DNA of 64,000 bases from an uncultured Coriobacteriaceae bacterium (GTDB taxonomy: Bacteria; Actinomycetota; Coriobacteriia; Coriobacteriales; Atopobiaceae). The position numbers were made by a program, and so were the translations under genes. Position 1 is the stretch's first letter, and the number at the start of each line of letters is the position of its first letter. The notes beneath the pieces are model-generated. The model was not told where the DNA came from and did not search any database. It was given only the letters and a program-made list of their open reading frames with translations. The stretch lies in the NCBI GenBank assembly GCA_902788705.1, contig CADALE010000009.1, positions 1,428 to 65,427 of the forward strand. The letters are read 5' to 3'. This document shows, piece after piece, positions 16,620 to 25,747 of the stretch.

Positions 16620-19600
16620 CTACTTCTTGCCCTGCAGCAGGCGTCCGATGCTCTTCAGCACCTCGCGGCGAGCTGTGCCGTACGGAGCGATGGGGTCGAT
16701 GATCCGGCGCAGCGGGCTGTCCTCGCTCACGGCCTTCTCGTGCAGGGGCATCACGAGTCCCTGCGGCGCCGCGCCGCCCACGCTCTTGGCCGTGCTCTCG
16801 GCCAGGCGACCCAGCAGCATCTCGTAGAAGGGCATGCGCCGCGCGTAGCTCCAGTACACGTCGGCGTAGTCGCAGTCGGGGTTTACCCACGGCTTCTCCC
16901 AGCCGGCATAGTGGATGACCTTCGGCGCCCGTCGCGCGGCCTGGTAGGCGTCGAACACGTCGTTCGGCGCAAAGGTGAACACGTTGGCCACGCGCCCGCC
17001 GCAGTCGTGCATCACGTTCCACTCGTTGGGCAGGCGCACCACGCGGCCCTGGCACTCGGCGTTGAGGATGTCCTGGTCGTCATAGATGTAGTCCACGCTG
17101 GACACGATGCCCATCCACTCGGCCACCGTGTGCAGGCGGCGCATCTCGGCGGTGTTCAGAACCAGCACGCCCGCCTGGAAGTAGGCGTACGGGTCGGCCA
17201 GGTGCAGCACGTCACGCGCATAGGCAAGGCGTTGCCCGTCGTTGTTGTTGAGGTTGCCCAAGAAGTCGATGTCGATGGCCGCAGCAAGCAGGTTGTTACC
17301 CAGCTCGGTGTCGAAGAGCTGCGCCACGTCGCCCTGGATGATGAGGTCGGAGTCGAGGTACAGCACCTTGTCGTAGCAGCCCAGCACCTCCTGGATGAGG
17401 AAGCGGTAGTACGTCTCCATGCTGATGTGCTCGTTGTTGGTGGAGAGGTCGTAGCCCTTGATAAGGCGCCACACGTTGTGGAAGCGCAGCGACACGTTGG
17501 GATGGTCTGCCAAGAGGTCCAGCATGGCCTGGCGGTGCCGCATCGAGATGTTCTTCTCGAAGACCACGATGTCGTAGAAGCGGTCCTTGGAGGCGTTCTC
17601 CACCATCGAGAGGATGGTGGTGGTAAGCATGGGCACGTAGGCGTCATCGGAGGCAAACACCACCGGCACGATCTTGTCGGCGTCAAGGCCGTGGCGCACC
17701 TGGGTGACGGGCAGCAGCTCGTAGGCCACATCGGGGTTCTGGAAGTGCACGCACTGAAGCTGCTTGGTCTTCCAACCCCACTCGCAGCGCGTCGCGTGCA
17801 GGTAGTAGATGTTGAAGAGCCGCTCGGTAAGGTGGCCAGGCGTGCGCAGGGCCTCCTTGCTGTAGTGGCTCATGTCGGTGGTGGCGCAGAACTCCTCCAG
17901 CACCGGGAACACCCAGGCCGCATAGGCGTCGAACAGCTCCTTGCGCATGAGGTACATGTTGCAGAAGCACGAGATGGGCCCGTCAAGGAAGCCGTCCACG
18001 TCATCGGCGTAGTCGGGATAGAGCCGCTTGACGATGTCGGCCATGCGCTCGAGGTCGGCGATGTGCAGGTAGGGTGCCTGCACGTAATGCTCGCGGGGCG
18101 TGGCAAAGCCGCCCGGGAAGCTGGCCAGCTCGTGGAAGCCGGTGGTGATGACGTCGTAGCCCTCCACGCAACGACGGATGGTGTCGTCATCCAGGCCATA
18201 GCGCTGGCAGGCGTCGGCGTCGATGAAGTCGTCCATCACCTCGCCGTACTCGTTCTCATCGTAGAACGTGTCGCTGAAGTTGAAGTAGCGGCGGTAGTGG
18301 CAGAAGCCCACGTAGTCGCAGCTCACGTTCTTCCACGCCCAATACTGGGTGGTCATCTCGCAGTACATCGGGTTGCGCTCGGAGAGGTTGTCGCCCTCGT
18401 CGTCGTGGAACGCCGTGGCAAAGCGGTCATTCTTGTTGCCCGGACCCACCTGCACCAGCTGCAGGATGGAGCTGTCGGGCACGTCTACCCGCTTGTGCGT
18501 GGTCACGAAGATGCGGATGTCCTGGGCCTCGGCGCTGGCACGGAAGGCCATGACGCGCTCCAGGTGCGCCAGGTGCGCCAGGTGCCCCTCGGCCGTGGTG
18601 CGCATGCGGCGGTAGCGGCGAGCCTCAGCCGACTGGTCGTCGTCGGCCACCTCGATCGAGCGGGCGATGTCGGCCAAGCGGAACAGCTGGTCGTCGGCCT
18701 TAGGCAGCGTGCCTCCAGCTATGAAGCCGTATGCGTGGTCACGCACGAAGCGCCACAGCTCGCGCGCCGCGACGGAGGCGCCCCACACCTCCACGAAGCG
18801 GCTGGCCGCCTCGGGCTTTTGCTGGTCGGGAACGCGCACCAGCCAGTCGTTGGCCAGCAGCTCCAGCATCTTGTGGGTCATGCCCAGCAGGCAGGTCTGC
18901 CGTACTTCGCTGGGATGCGCCTCCACGAAGGCGGCGGTGGCGTCGCGGCAGGCCATGAACTGCTCGCAGAAGCGGCCGAAGGTGTCGGCCGTGATGGTGG
19001 AGGTGCCCGTCACACCGCCGCCGTAGTGGTACACCAGGCCACGGCACGACTCGAAGGGAACCTCGTCGGCCGCAAGCGCGCTGACCACGAAGCACTCATA
19101 GCTGTCCTCCGCACGCTCGAGGCGCTGGTCAACCATGGCGGCAAACGCACGCTTGAGCAGGCGGGTACGGTAAAGGCGCTGCGTGGCGCGCCAGTCAAGC
19201 AGCTGCCCCTGCGACTTGTCGTAGATGGCGCGCAGGATGTCATCGCCCTCAAGGACCTTCGAGGGGCGGTTCACGTACGCCTCGAACGAGGCGCGCGCCT
19301 CCTCAGGAAGCCCACCCTCCGACACCACCGTGATGCCAAAGTGCACGATGTCGGCAGGCTTGCGGGCAACGAGGTCGTCCAGCTGCTCCAGCATGTCGGG
19401 GGCCAGCTCGTCGTCTCCGTCAAGGAACAGGGCGTAGTCGCCGGTGGCGGCGCGCACGCCCGTGAGGCGCGCAAGGTGCAGGCCCTGGTTTGCCTCGTGC
19501 TGGATGACCACGAAGCGAGGGTCGTCGCCCACGGAGGCCTTGATGCGCTGGGGCGTGTCGTCAGTGCTGCAGTCGTCCACGACGACGGCCTCGAAGTCAG

Positions 19601-19688
19601 CGAGCGTCTGGGCCTTGAGACTGTCAAGGCAGCGGTCGATGGACTCGCCCAGGTTGTATGCGGCTATGATCAGCGTGATGCGAGGCAT
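16620..19688 (-). CDS. Three-module glycosyltransferase: GT2 (N-terminal) - DUF4422-like - GT8 (C-terminal)
   Basis: N-terminal ITLIIAAYNLGESIDRCLDSLKAQTLADFEAVVVDDCSTDDT...LDGDDE (GT2). Middle IRIFVTTHKR...NPMYCEMTTQYWAWKN...DYVGFCHYRRYF (DUF4422 signature). C-terminal PVVFASDDAYVPM...LYLDSDLII...LPNEWN (GT8 DxD and LPxxWN). Confidence 0.85.
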   Translation of the reverse strand: MPRITLIIAAYNLGESIDRCLDSLKAQTLADFEAVVVDDCSTDDTPQRIKASVGDDPRFVVIQHEANQGLHLARLTGVRAATGDYALFLDGDDELAPDMLEQLDDLVARKPADIVHFGITVVSEGGLPEEARASFEAYVNRPSKVLEGDDILRAIYDKSQGQLLDWRATQRLYRTRLLKRAFAAMVDQRLERAEDSYECFVVSALAADEVPFESCRGLVYHYGGGVTGTSTITADTFGRFCEQFMACRDATAAFVEAHPSEVRQTCLLGMTHKMLELLANDWLVRVPDQQKPEAASRFVEVWGASVAARELWRFVRDHAYGFIAGGTLPKADDQLFRLADIARSIEVADDDQSAEARRYRRMRTTAEGHLAHLAHLERVMAFRASAEAQDIRIFVTTHKRVDVPDSSILQLVQVGPGNKNDRFATAFHDDEGDNLSERNPMYCEMTTQYWAWKNVSCDYVGFCHYRRYFNFSDTFYDENEYGEVMDDFIDADACQRYGLDDDTIRRCVEGYDVITTGFHELASFPGGFATPREHYVQAPYLHIADLERMADIVKRLYPDYADDVDGFLDGPISCFCNMYLMRKELFDAYAAWVFPVLEEFCATTDMSHYSKEALRTPGHLTERLFNIYYLHATRCEWGWKTKQLQCVHFQNPDVAYELLPVTQVRHGLDADKIVPVVFASDDAYVPMLTTTILSMVENASKDRFYDIVVFEKNISMRHRQAMLDLLADHPNVSLRFHNVWRLIKGYDLSTNNEHISMETYYRFLIQEVLGCYDKVLYLDSDLIIQGDVAQLFDTELGNNLLAAAIDIDFLGNLNNNDGQRLAYARDVLHLADPYAYFQAGVLVLNTAEMRRLHTVAEWMGIVSSVDYIYDDQDILNAECQGRVVRLPNEWNVMHDCGGRVANVFTFAPNDVFDAYQAARRAPKVIHYAGWEKPWVNPDCDYADVYWSYARRMPFYEMLLGRLAESTAKSVGGAAPQGLVMPLHEKAVSEDSPLRRIIDPIAPYGTARREVLKSIGRLLQGKK

Positions 19689-19715
19689 GGTGCTCCTCTT
19701 GTCCGTCGTTGTACC

Positions 19716-21152
19716 CTATGCGCGGCGTGTCCGCCGCAGGAGGTCGCGCGCGTGGCGCGGCAGGGCGGTCAGCGCCCTTCCGATACGAAATGATACCGAA
19801 CCAACGACGTCATCGAGCTGCTCCTTCAAATCCGCAGCAAGACGGCGCTGGGACGTCAGCTCGTCATGCAGGGCGTCACGCTCCCGCCGCGCCTCCTCCA
19901 CCATGCGGTCGGCCTCGCGCAGCATCGAGGAGACGAGGTATCCCGCCCGGTCCTCGCCCGCGCCAAGCCCGTCGCCGGAAACGGTGGCAAACACCTCGAG
20001 CCACAGCCCCTCGAAGTCGAAGTTGGCCAGCTCCCGAGCGTGAGCGCGAGCCTCCGCGCCAAGACGCTGGCGGAGGTGGTCGTCGGAAAGCAGTGACGAG
20101 ACCTGTCGCGCCAGCCCACCAACGTCACCCACGGGCGCGCAGAGCACCCCGCGGTATCCCTCCAGCAGCGTGAGATAGCCCAGGTCGTAGCAGGCGCACG
20201 GCAGGCCGCAGGCCTTTGCCTCGGCCACCGTCACGGGATAGCCCTCGAAGTGCGACGTGAGCAGCAGCACGCTTCCCTCGCGCATCACCGCGGGCAGCTC
20301 GTCGTGAGGCACCCCTCCTCGGAAGGAGACCGCCTCGAGCACGCCCCTGTCGCGTGCCTGTCCCTCGAACCACGCGCGGTCGTAGTCGCCGAAGGGCCCC
20401 ACAAACTCCAAGGTAGCATCAGGCACGTGATGCCGCACCTCGCGCAGGACGTCAAGGGCCTCGACCGGACTCTTGTCCGAGGCGATGCGTCCCACACACA
20501 AGATCCTGTGCCCGTCAAGAGGCGCGGGGCCGCTTGCAAGGAAGGCCTCGTCAGCCGCGTTCACGGTACGGAAGGCATGCGGGTTGAAGCTTGACCAAAA
20601 CTCCTGGTCATCGCGGCTTAGGCACATCACGGCGTCAACGTGCCGGTAGATGGAGGGGATGCGCAGCGCACGCGGGTCTCCCCAGCCGGTCAGTGCGCGG
20701 TGCGAGCCATGGCAGAACGCCACGAACGGCACGCCCAGCGACTTACACACCAGCAGGTCCCAGGCAATGGTTGAGCTGAGCCAAGCCCCATACACCAGGC
20801 AGTCGGGGGCGAATTCCTCCAACACCGAGGCAAGCGCGGCGCCACGTGTGGCATAGCGCTCTCGGTCGGACACGAAGGCGTCGGGCACGGTGGCCAGGGA
20901 CGCCCCCGCAGGAAGCGCGACGTTAGCCGTTCGTCCCTCATCGCAGATCACCAGCACCTCAAGCCCCATGGAGCGCCAAAGCGCGGCGAGGTCAAGCGTC
21001 ACGCGCTCGGCACCTCCCGTGCCCAGCGTGTGGTAGTACACGGCAACCCGCCTGACGGGCCGCCTCGAGGAGGGCTGGCCCAAGCCCGTGGACAAAAGGT
21101 CAAGCACCTCGACGTCGTCATCCCAGCACGACGCCGCCAAGGCCCCCACCAT
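19716..21152 (-). CDS. Glycosyltransferase family 4 (GT-B, group 1) with a C-terminal coiled-coil tail; 5' end uncertain
   Basis: VAVYYHTLGTGGAERV, GRIASDKSP, LLTSHFEGYPVTVAEAKACGLP (the E-x7-E region). The tail is rich in R/E/L heptads. The upstream part of the track ORF (to 21284) is W/R/P-rich and non-coding-like, so I prefer the ATG at 21152 (see the frameshift finding). Confidence 0.75.
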   Translation of the reverse strand: MVGALAASCWDDDVEVLDLLSTGLGQPSSRRPVRRVAVYYHTLGTGGAERVTLDLAALWRSMGLEVLVICDEGRTANVALPAGASLATVPDAFVSDRERYATRGAALASVLEEFAPDCLVYGAWLSSTIAWDLLVCKSLGVPFVAFCHGSHRALTGWGDPRALRIPSIYRHVDAVMCLSRDDQEFWSSFNPHAFRTVNAADEAFLASGPAPLDGHRILCVGRIASDKSPVEALDVLREVRHHVPDATLEFVGPFGDYDRAWFEGQARDRGVLEAVSFRGGVPHDELPAVMREGSVLLLTSHFEGYPVTVAEAKACGLPCACYDLGYLTLLEGYRGVLCAPVGDVGGLARQVSSLLSDDHLRQRLGAEARAHARELANFDFEGLWLEVFATVSGDGLGAGEDRAGYLVSSMLREADRMVEEARRERDALHDELTSQRRLAADLKEQLDDVVGSVSFRIGRALTALPRHARDLLRRTRRA

Positions 21153-21306
21153 ATCTACGAACGGCCTCCCCCAAAGGCAGGCCATCGATAGTCCTGCCCA
21201 GGTCGGACGCCACCACCGTCCCATGTGAGGCGGCGATGGCCTGCGCCAGCTTGGCAACCTTGGCCACGACGTCGCCCTGCGCACCCATCGACTGGCTCTC
21301 GCCCAA
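21118..21306 (-). other. RBS-led 62-codon ORF in a different frame, overlapping the GT4 5' end. Possibly the displaced N-terminus of the GT4 gene (frameshift), or a small upstream ORF.
   Basis: TTG at 21306 is preceded by AAGGAG at 6-nt spacing. The first ~35 codons have coding-like GC3 (GGC GAG AGC CAG TCG ATG GGT GCG CAG GGC GAC GTC GTG GCC AAG...). A C5/G5 run at 21168-21172 sits where the coding signal switches frame. Confidence 0.35.
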
Positions 21307-21371
21307 GGTTCACTCCTTCATGTTATGCCGCCCGCCCAAGGCCTCCCGGCAATCGCCCAGGCCTCGGCAGG

Positions 21372-22478
21372 CTATGCATCGCCCCCAAACCACTGCGTGG
21401 CCTTCTGGCGGGCTGACCTCACCGTGTCCTGCATGTCATAGTAGCGGTATTCGCCCAGCCTACCGCCGAAGAAGACGCCCCGCTCAGCATGCGCACGGGC
21501 TGCATACAGCTCGTAGCGCGCGCGATTCTGCTGGTCCTCGATGGGATAGTACGGCTCGATGCCGCGGCTCCAGGCCTGCGGATACTCGTACGTGACCACC
21601 GTGCATGGCTGCGTGCCAAACTCGAAGTGCTTGTGCTCGATCGAGCGCGTGTAGGGCGTTTGGGCGTCGGTGTAGTTCATGACGGCCACGCCCTGATGGT
21701 TCTCCTCGTCAAGCAGCTGATGGTCGAAGCGCAGCGAGCGCCAGGCCAGCTCACCCTCGGCGTAGTCGAAGTACGAGTCAATCGAGCCCGTGTACACCAG
21801 CGTGTCGGCAAGGGGCCGCAGCTCGGCGCGCTGGACAAGGTAGTCAACCCCCAGCCGCACGTCACAGCCCTCAAGCAGCCGCTCGAAGATGCGCGCGAAG
21901 CCGCCGATGGGAATGCCCTGGTAGGGGTCGTTGTAGTAGTTGTTGTCAAAGCGGAAGCGCAGCGGGATGCGACGCATGATGGAGGGCGGCAGCTCGCTGC
22001 AGGGCCTGCCCCACTGCTTCTCGGTGTAGCCGCGCACCAGCTTTTCGTAGATGTCGCGACCCACGAGGTTAAGCACATGTTCCTCGAGGTTGCGGGGGTT
22101 CTCGCAGGGCACGCGCTGCTCGGCGATCTTGGCCTTGGCCTCGGCGGGGGTCACGACGCCCCACAGCCGCGAGAAGGTGTTCATGTTGAACGGAAGGTTG
22201 TACAGCTCGCCCAGGTAGTTGGCAACTGGCGCGTTGACAAAGTGGTTGAACTCGCAGAACTGCGCCAGGTAGTCCCAGGTGGCCCGGTCGGAGGTGCGGA
22301 AGATGTGCGCACCGTACTCGTGCACCTGTATGCCCTCGACGTCCCTTGTGTAGCAGTTGCCCCCAATGTGGTCGCGCCGGTCCACCACCAGCACGCGCTT
22401 GCCGCGCTCAGCCGCCTCGTGCGCCACCACGGCGCCAAAGAGGCCGGCACCCACCACCAACACGTCATACTGAGCCAT
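21372..22478 (-). CDS. glf: UDP-galactopyranose mutase
   Basis: MAQYDVLVVGAGLFGAVVAHEAAERGKRVLVVDRRDHIGGNCYT...VHEYGAHIFRT...NMNTF is a full-length match to the Glf pattern, including the FAD-binding GxGxxG. Confidence 0.95.
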   Translation of the reverse strand: MAQYDVLVVGAGLFGAVVAHEAAERGKRVLVVDRRDHIGGNCYTRDVEGIQVHEYGAHIFRTSDRATWDYLAQFCEFNHFVNAPVANYLGELYNLPFNMNTFSRLWGVVTPAEAKAKIAEQRVPCENPRNLEEHVLNLVGRDIYEKLVRGYTEKQWGRPCSELPPSIMRRIPLRFRFDNNYYNDPYQGIPIGGFARIFERLLEGCDVRLGVDYLVQRAELRPLADTLVYTGSIDSYFDYAEGELAWRSLRFDHQLLDEENHQGVAVMNYTDAQTPYTRSIEHKHFEFGTQPCTVVTYEYPQAWSRGIEPYYPIEDQQNRARYELYAARAHAERGVFFGGRLGEYRYYDMQDTVRSARQKATQWFGGDA

Positions 22479-22559
22479 AGGGCCCCATCCTCTCGTAGGG
22501 CAACGGCGTCGGGCGGCGCAGACAAGCCTCGCGCCACTGGGCGACGCCTCGCCCGGCTA

Positions 22560-24458
22560 TCACCTTGCTTGCTTCAGCACCCGTCGCGCCAGGGCGTGAA
22601 AGCGTGTGCTCGTCGTACGTGCCCTTTGCGGCTCGTCAGCACGTTCCCGCTGCTCGGATGGCACATCGACCGCCTGGGCAGCCTCCACCCCGCGGAAGTG
22701 CCACACCTCCTCGGGCAGGTAGGCATAGCTTGCGCCCTCGTTTGCCGCCACCTCCATAAGCGAGCCGTCGGCAAGCGCGCCAGGCTGCTCCTTTCCCATC
22801 CGGCGCAACGTGTCGACGCGCACCGCTGCGGGACGCTCCCCCGGCAACCGCCCGTCAAAGCCGTATCCCGGCCATGCAAGGTCCTCACGCGGGTAGCGCT
22901 GGCCGGCGCACATGAAGTCGAAGCGCTCGCCTGCGGTTGCGCGGGCGGTGCCGCGCTCCAGCAGCAGGCAGTCGCTCAGCAGCACCTCGGCCGATGACGT
23001 ACGGGCCAGCCCAAGCAGGTGCGGCAGGTTGCCGGGATGGCAGAAGTCCTGGCTGCGCATCAGCTTGAGGTAGGTGCCGCGCGCCTGCGAGAGGGCATGG
23101 GCAACCGAAAGCGCCCCCACCACCTCGAGGCCCTCGAAGCCAGGCAACGCCTGCAGGCGCCGCCATGCCTCGAGGGCACCGGGTTGCGGGTTGAGCACCG
23201 CGACGGTCAGTGCGGGCGCGGCATCCCCTACCCCGAGGGCAGCGGCGCCTGGGTCGTTCTGCCGCCTGTCCCGCACGCCCTCCTGCAGCAGCGCAACCTC
23301 GCGCTCGACGGTGCGCTCCATCGAGCACACACGCGCCACCTTGTCGTGGCTTGCCTTGCTGGCACGCAGGAAGTAGGCCGGGTCGTTGTATAGCCGCTCG
23401 ATGATGTCGGCATACTCGGTGAAGTCGTCCACCTCGGCCAACAGGCCCTCCTCGCCTGCCAAGAAGTCGTTCACCGAGTCGCGCCGCGTGCTGACCACCG
23501 CAAGGCCAGACAGCGCCGCCTCGCACATCGAGACGCCCTGCACGTCAAAGCGAGTAGGAAACAGGCCGATGCCTGCCTCGGCGTGGCAGGCCGCTATCTC
23601 CTCGTGCGTGAGGAAGCGCTCGACAAGGTGCACGTTGGGAAACTGCCGAAGCGGCGCCACCAGCATGTCGTGCGCGTCGCCGGTGCCGGCAACCGTGAAC
23701 TCCATGTCGGCGAAGCACGGGCGCCTTGACAGCTCGATGATGGTGCGCACCACGGTGTCCATGGCGTAGCACGACGTGTTGCCGTGCGTCTTCACCGTGA
23801 ACACGTGCTTGCGGTGCTCGGGACCCTTCTCGCGATAGGGAAACACCCTGGGGTCGATCAGGTTTGGGATGACGTAGGCGTCGCGCCACTGAAACTCGTG
23901 CAGTTCGTTGCTTCGACGAAGGCCGAACTCCGAGACGTAGACGGCGGACACGTTGGGCAGGTCGTTCAGGCGCGCCAGCATTCGGGAGCGCTCGGCCATG
24001 TCGGCGCGCTCCTCGTTGGAGTAGTCGCGCAGCCGGTGGAAGTAGGGCGAGTCAAACTTGTTGCGCTCGGGGTATAGCGACTCCGCGCCGTTTCCCCAGA
24101 TGAGGATGCGCGTGTCCGACAGGTCGCACGACTCCAGCACGCGTGCATAGTCCATCTCGATGAAGTGGATGGCGATCGTGCGGTAGTGGGCGGTGCGCAG
24201 CAGCGTCTGCAGGTCGTCGAGGGACAGCTGCAGCACGGTGATGCCCTCGTAGTCATAGGTCTTCGAGACACCGTCGAAGGCCTTGGACACCACGACCGCC
24301 CGTAGCCCGCGCCGGCGGTACTCCCTCATGCGCGAGTGCACGAACGCGCAGAGGTAGGCGTTGTCGGGCTGGGGATACAGCGGCGTGATAACCAAGATGT
24401 CGCCCGCCACCAGGTCGGGACTCTCGCCAAGGTCGAAGGGGCGCGCCCAGTCCTGCAT
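22560..24458 (-). CDS. Glycosyltransferase, GT4-like core with an extra C-terminal domain
   Basis: FTVAGTGDAHDML...GIGLFPTRFDVQGVSMCEAALSGLAVVST is GT-B group 1-like. The C-terminal ~230 aa are of unclear family. The ATG at 24458 lies 2 nt after the upstream stop; the track N-terminal extension overlaps the GT2 gene and is G/A/R junk. Confidence 0.8.
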   Translation of the reverse strand: MQDWARPFDLGESPDLVAGDILVITPLYPQPDNAYLCAFVHSRMREYRRRGLRAVVVSKAFDGVSKTYDYEGITVLQLSLDDLQTLLRTAHYRTIAIHFIEMDYARVLESCDLSDTRILIWGNGAESLYPERNKFDSPYFHRLRDYSNEERADMAERSRMLARLNDLPNVSAVYVSEFGLRRSNELHEFQWRDAYVIPNLIDPRVFPYREKGPEHRKHVFTVKTHGNTSCYAMDTVVRTIIELSRRPCFADMEFTVAGTGDAHDMLVAPLRQFPNVHLVERFLTHEEIAACHAEAGIGLFPTRFDVQGVSMCEAALSGLAVVSTRRDSVNDFLAGEEGLLAEVDDFTEYADIIERLYNDPAYFLRASKASHDKVARVCSMERTVEREVALLQEGVRDRRQNDPGAAALGVGDAAPALTVAVLNPQPGALEAWRRLQALPGFEGLEVVGALSVAHALSQARGTYLKLMRSQDFCHPGNLPHLLGLARTSSAEVLLSDCLLLERGTARATAGERFDFMCAGQRYPREDLAWPGYGFDGRLPGERPAAVRVDTLRRMGKEQPGALADGSLMEVAANEGASYAYLPEEVWHFRGVEAAQAVDVPSEQRERADEPQRARTTSTRFHALARRVLKQAR

Positions 24459-24460
24459 GG

Positions 24461-25594
24461 CTACTGCCCCCTGCCGCGAAGCTTGTTGACGAGGGAGGCA
24501 AGGGACGAGCTGACCCTCCAGCGCTTCGACGCGTAGACTGCATCCAGCTCGGCACGCAGCCGGTCGCGGTCGGCCTCCGCCTCCCGCAGCCGTGCCTCCA
24601 GCTGTGCCACCCGCCCAGGCAGCTCCCACTCGTGAGAGTAGTACCCGTCGGGATCGGCCATGATGGCGTGGAGGGTGTCCAGCTCGTCAGGGGCAAAGTA
24701 GCGCCGGTCAAGCTCGCCGGCCTCGTCCAGCGCGCGGAACTCCTCGGCAAACCGCTGGACAAAGGAGCGCCGGAACTTCGGGCTGATGCGCCCGATGCTC
24801 CAGCAGTAGTTCCTGAATCGGAAGTACGAGCAGGCCACCAGGCACTTCTGCCGGTCGATGCCCTCCATCTCGTCAATCCGCTCGCGCACGAAGTCGTACT
24901 CGCCGTTGATGGTGAACACCTTCGAGCCATCGGCCTCGGACGAGCCGGGGTTGTCGCGACGGATCAGGTAGCACGACTTGGCAAGGTAGCGCACTCGATG
25001 CGCCGCAAAGGTTACCTGCGCCCAGAAGCTGGTGTCCTGGAACGTCGCACCCGGCGACTCATGGTAGACGATGCCCGCGCCGCGCAGGAACGAGAGCCGG
25101 TACATGCCCGGCTGCCCGCCACGCGCGAAGTATCGACCGGGATCAGCCGAGGCGTCGAACACCTCCCGGTAGCAAATCTCGGTCTCGGTAGCAGGAAGAT
25201 ACGTGAAGGTGCGCTCGTCTCCGTCACCAAAGAAGATGGAGGCATCGGCCTTGCAGAAGTCGAGGTCCTGCGACGTGCAGAACTCGTGCATTGCCTGGCA
25301 GGCGTCGGCGGGAAACGCGTCGTCCGACTCCAGCACGGTCACGTAGTCGCCATGGGCCGCCGCCGTGGCCACGTTGAGGGTGGCACCATAGCCGGAATTT
25401 GGCTTGTTTATCACCGTGAAGCGCGGGTCCGCTGCCTCGTAGGCGCGCATGATGTCCAGCGAACCGTCGGTGGAGCCATCGTTCACGCAGATGACCTCAA
25501 GGTCGGCGAGCGTCTGAGACGCCACGCTGTCAAGGCATTCGCGCAGGTACTGCGCATTGTTGTAAATAGGTATGAGCACGGACACGCTCGGCAT
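24461..25594 (-). CDS. Glycosyltransferase family 2 with a C-terminal coiled coil
   Basis: VSVLIPIYNNAQYLRECLDSVASQTLADLEVICVNDGSTDGS...LESDD (GT2 DxD). The tail is QLEARLREAEADRDRLRAELD. AGGAGGG RBS. Confidence 0.9.
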   Translation of the reverse strand: MPSVSVLIPIYNNAQYLRECLDSVASQTLADLEVICVNDGSTDGSLDIMRAYEAADPRFTVINKPNSGYGATLNVATAAAHGDYVTVLESDDAFPADACQAMHEFCTSQDLDFCKADASIFFGDGDERTFTYLPATETEICYREVFDASADPGRYFARGGQPGMYRLSFLRGAGIVYHESPGATFQDTSFWAQVTFAAHRVRYLAKSCYLIRRDNPGSSEADGSKVFTINGEYDFVRERIDEMEGIDRQKCLVACSYFRFRNYCWSIGRISPKFRRSFVQRFAEEFRALDEAGELDRRYFAPDELDTLHAIMADPDGYYSHEWELPGRVAQLEARLREAEADRDRLRAELDAVYASKRWRVSSSLASLVNKLRGRGQ

Positions 25595-25747
25595 GGGCCC
25601 TCCTGTCGTCGGCGATGGCGCTTCGCCACGTCACAATCCTATACCGAACGGCCGCGTCGTGGCGTCCGATTCGCGCTCAGAACGTGGTTATTCCTGATGC
25701 CAGGCACACGCCGTCACCATGATGGCCCGTTCGGGCCCCGCTGGCCC

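Noticed and set aside
16740-19793. A 1017-aa plus-strand ORF. Similar very long ORFs occur at 9704-11677, 24632-27118, 35122-37671, 40305-41951 and 56823-58595.
   Set aside because: They lie antisense to genes with clear family motifs. Their translations are dominated by R/A/G/V/H/L with no recognisable motifs. They lack RBSs. They show the inverted GC3 pattern expected of shadow ORFs in high-GC DNA.
22560-24629. N-terminal extensions of track ORFs, for example 24459-24629. The same issue occurs at 16612-17055, 13781-13861, 52957-53157, 51650-51727, 48919-49176 and 59271-59489.
   Set aside because: The extensions overlap the 3' ends of well-supported upstream genes or non-coding DNA. They are G/R/P/A-rich with no family similarity. 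An internal start with a good RBS, or a coupling overlap, is present at the point where homology begins.
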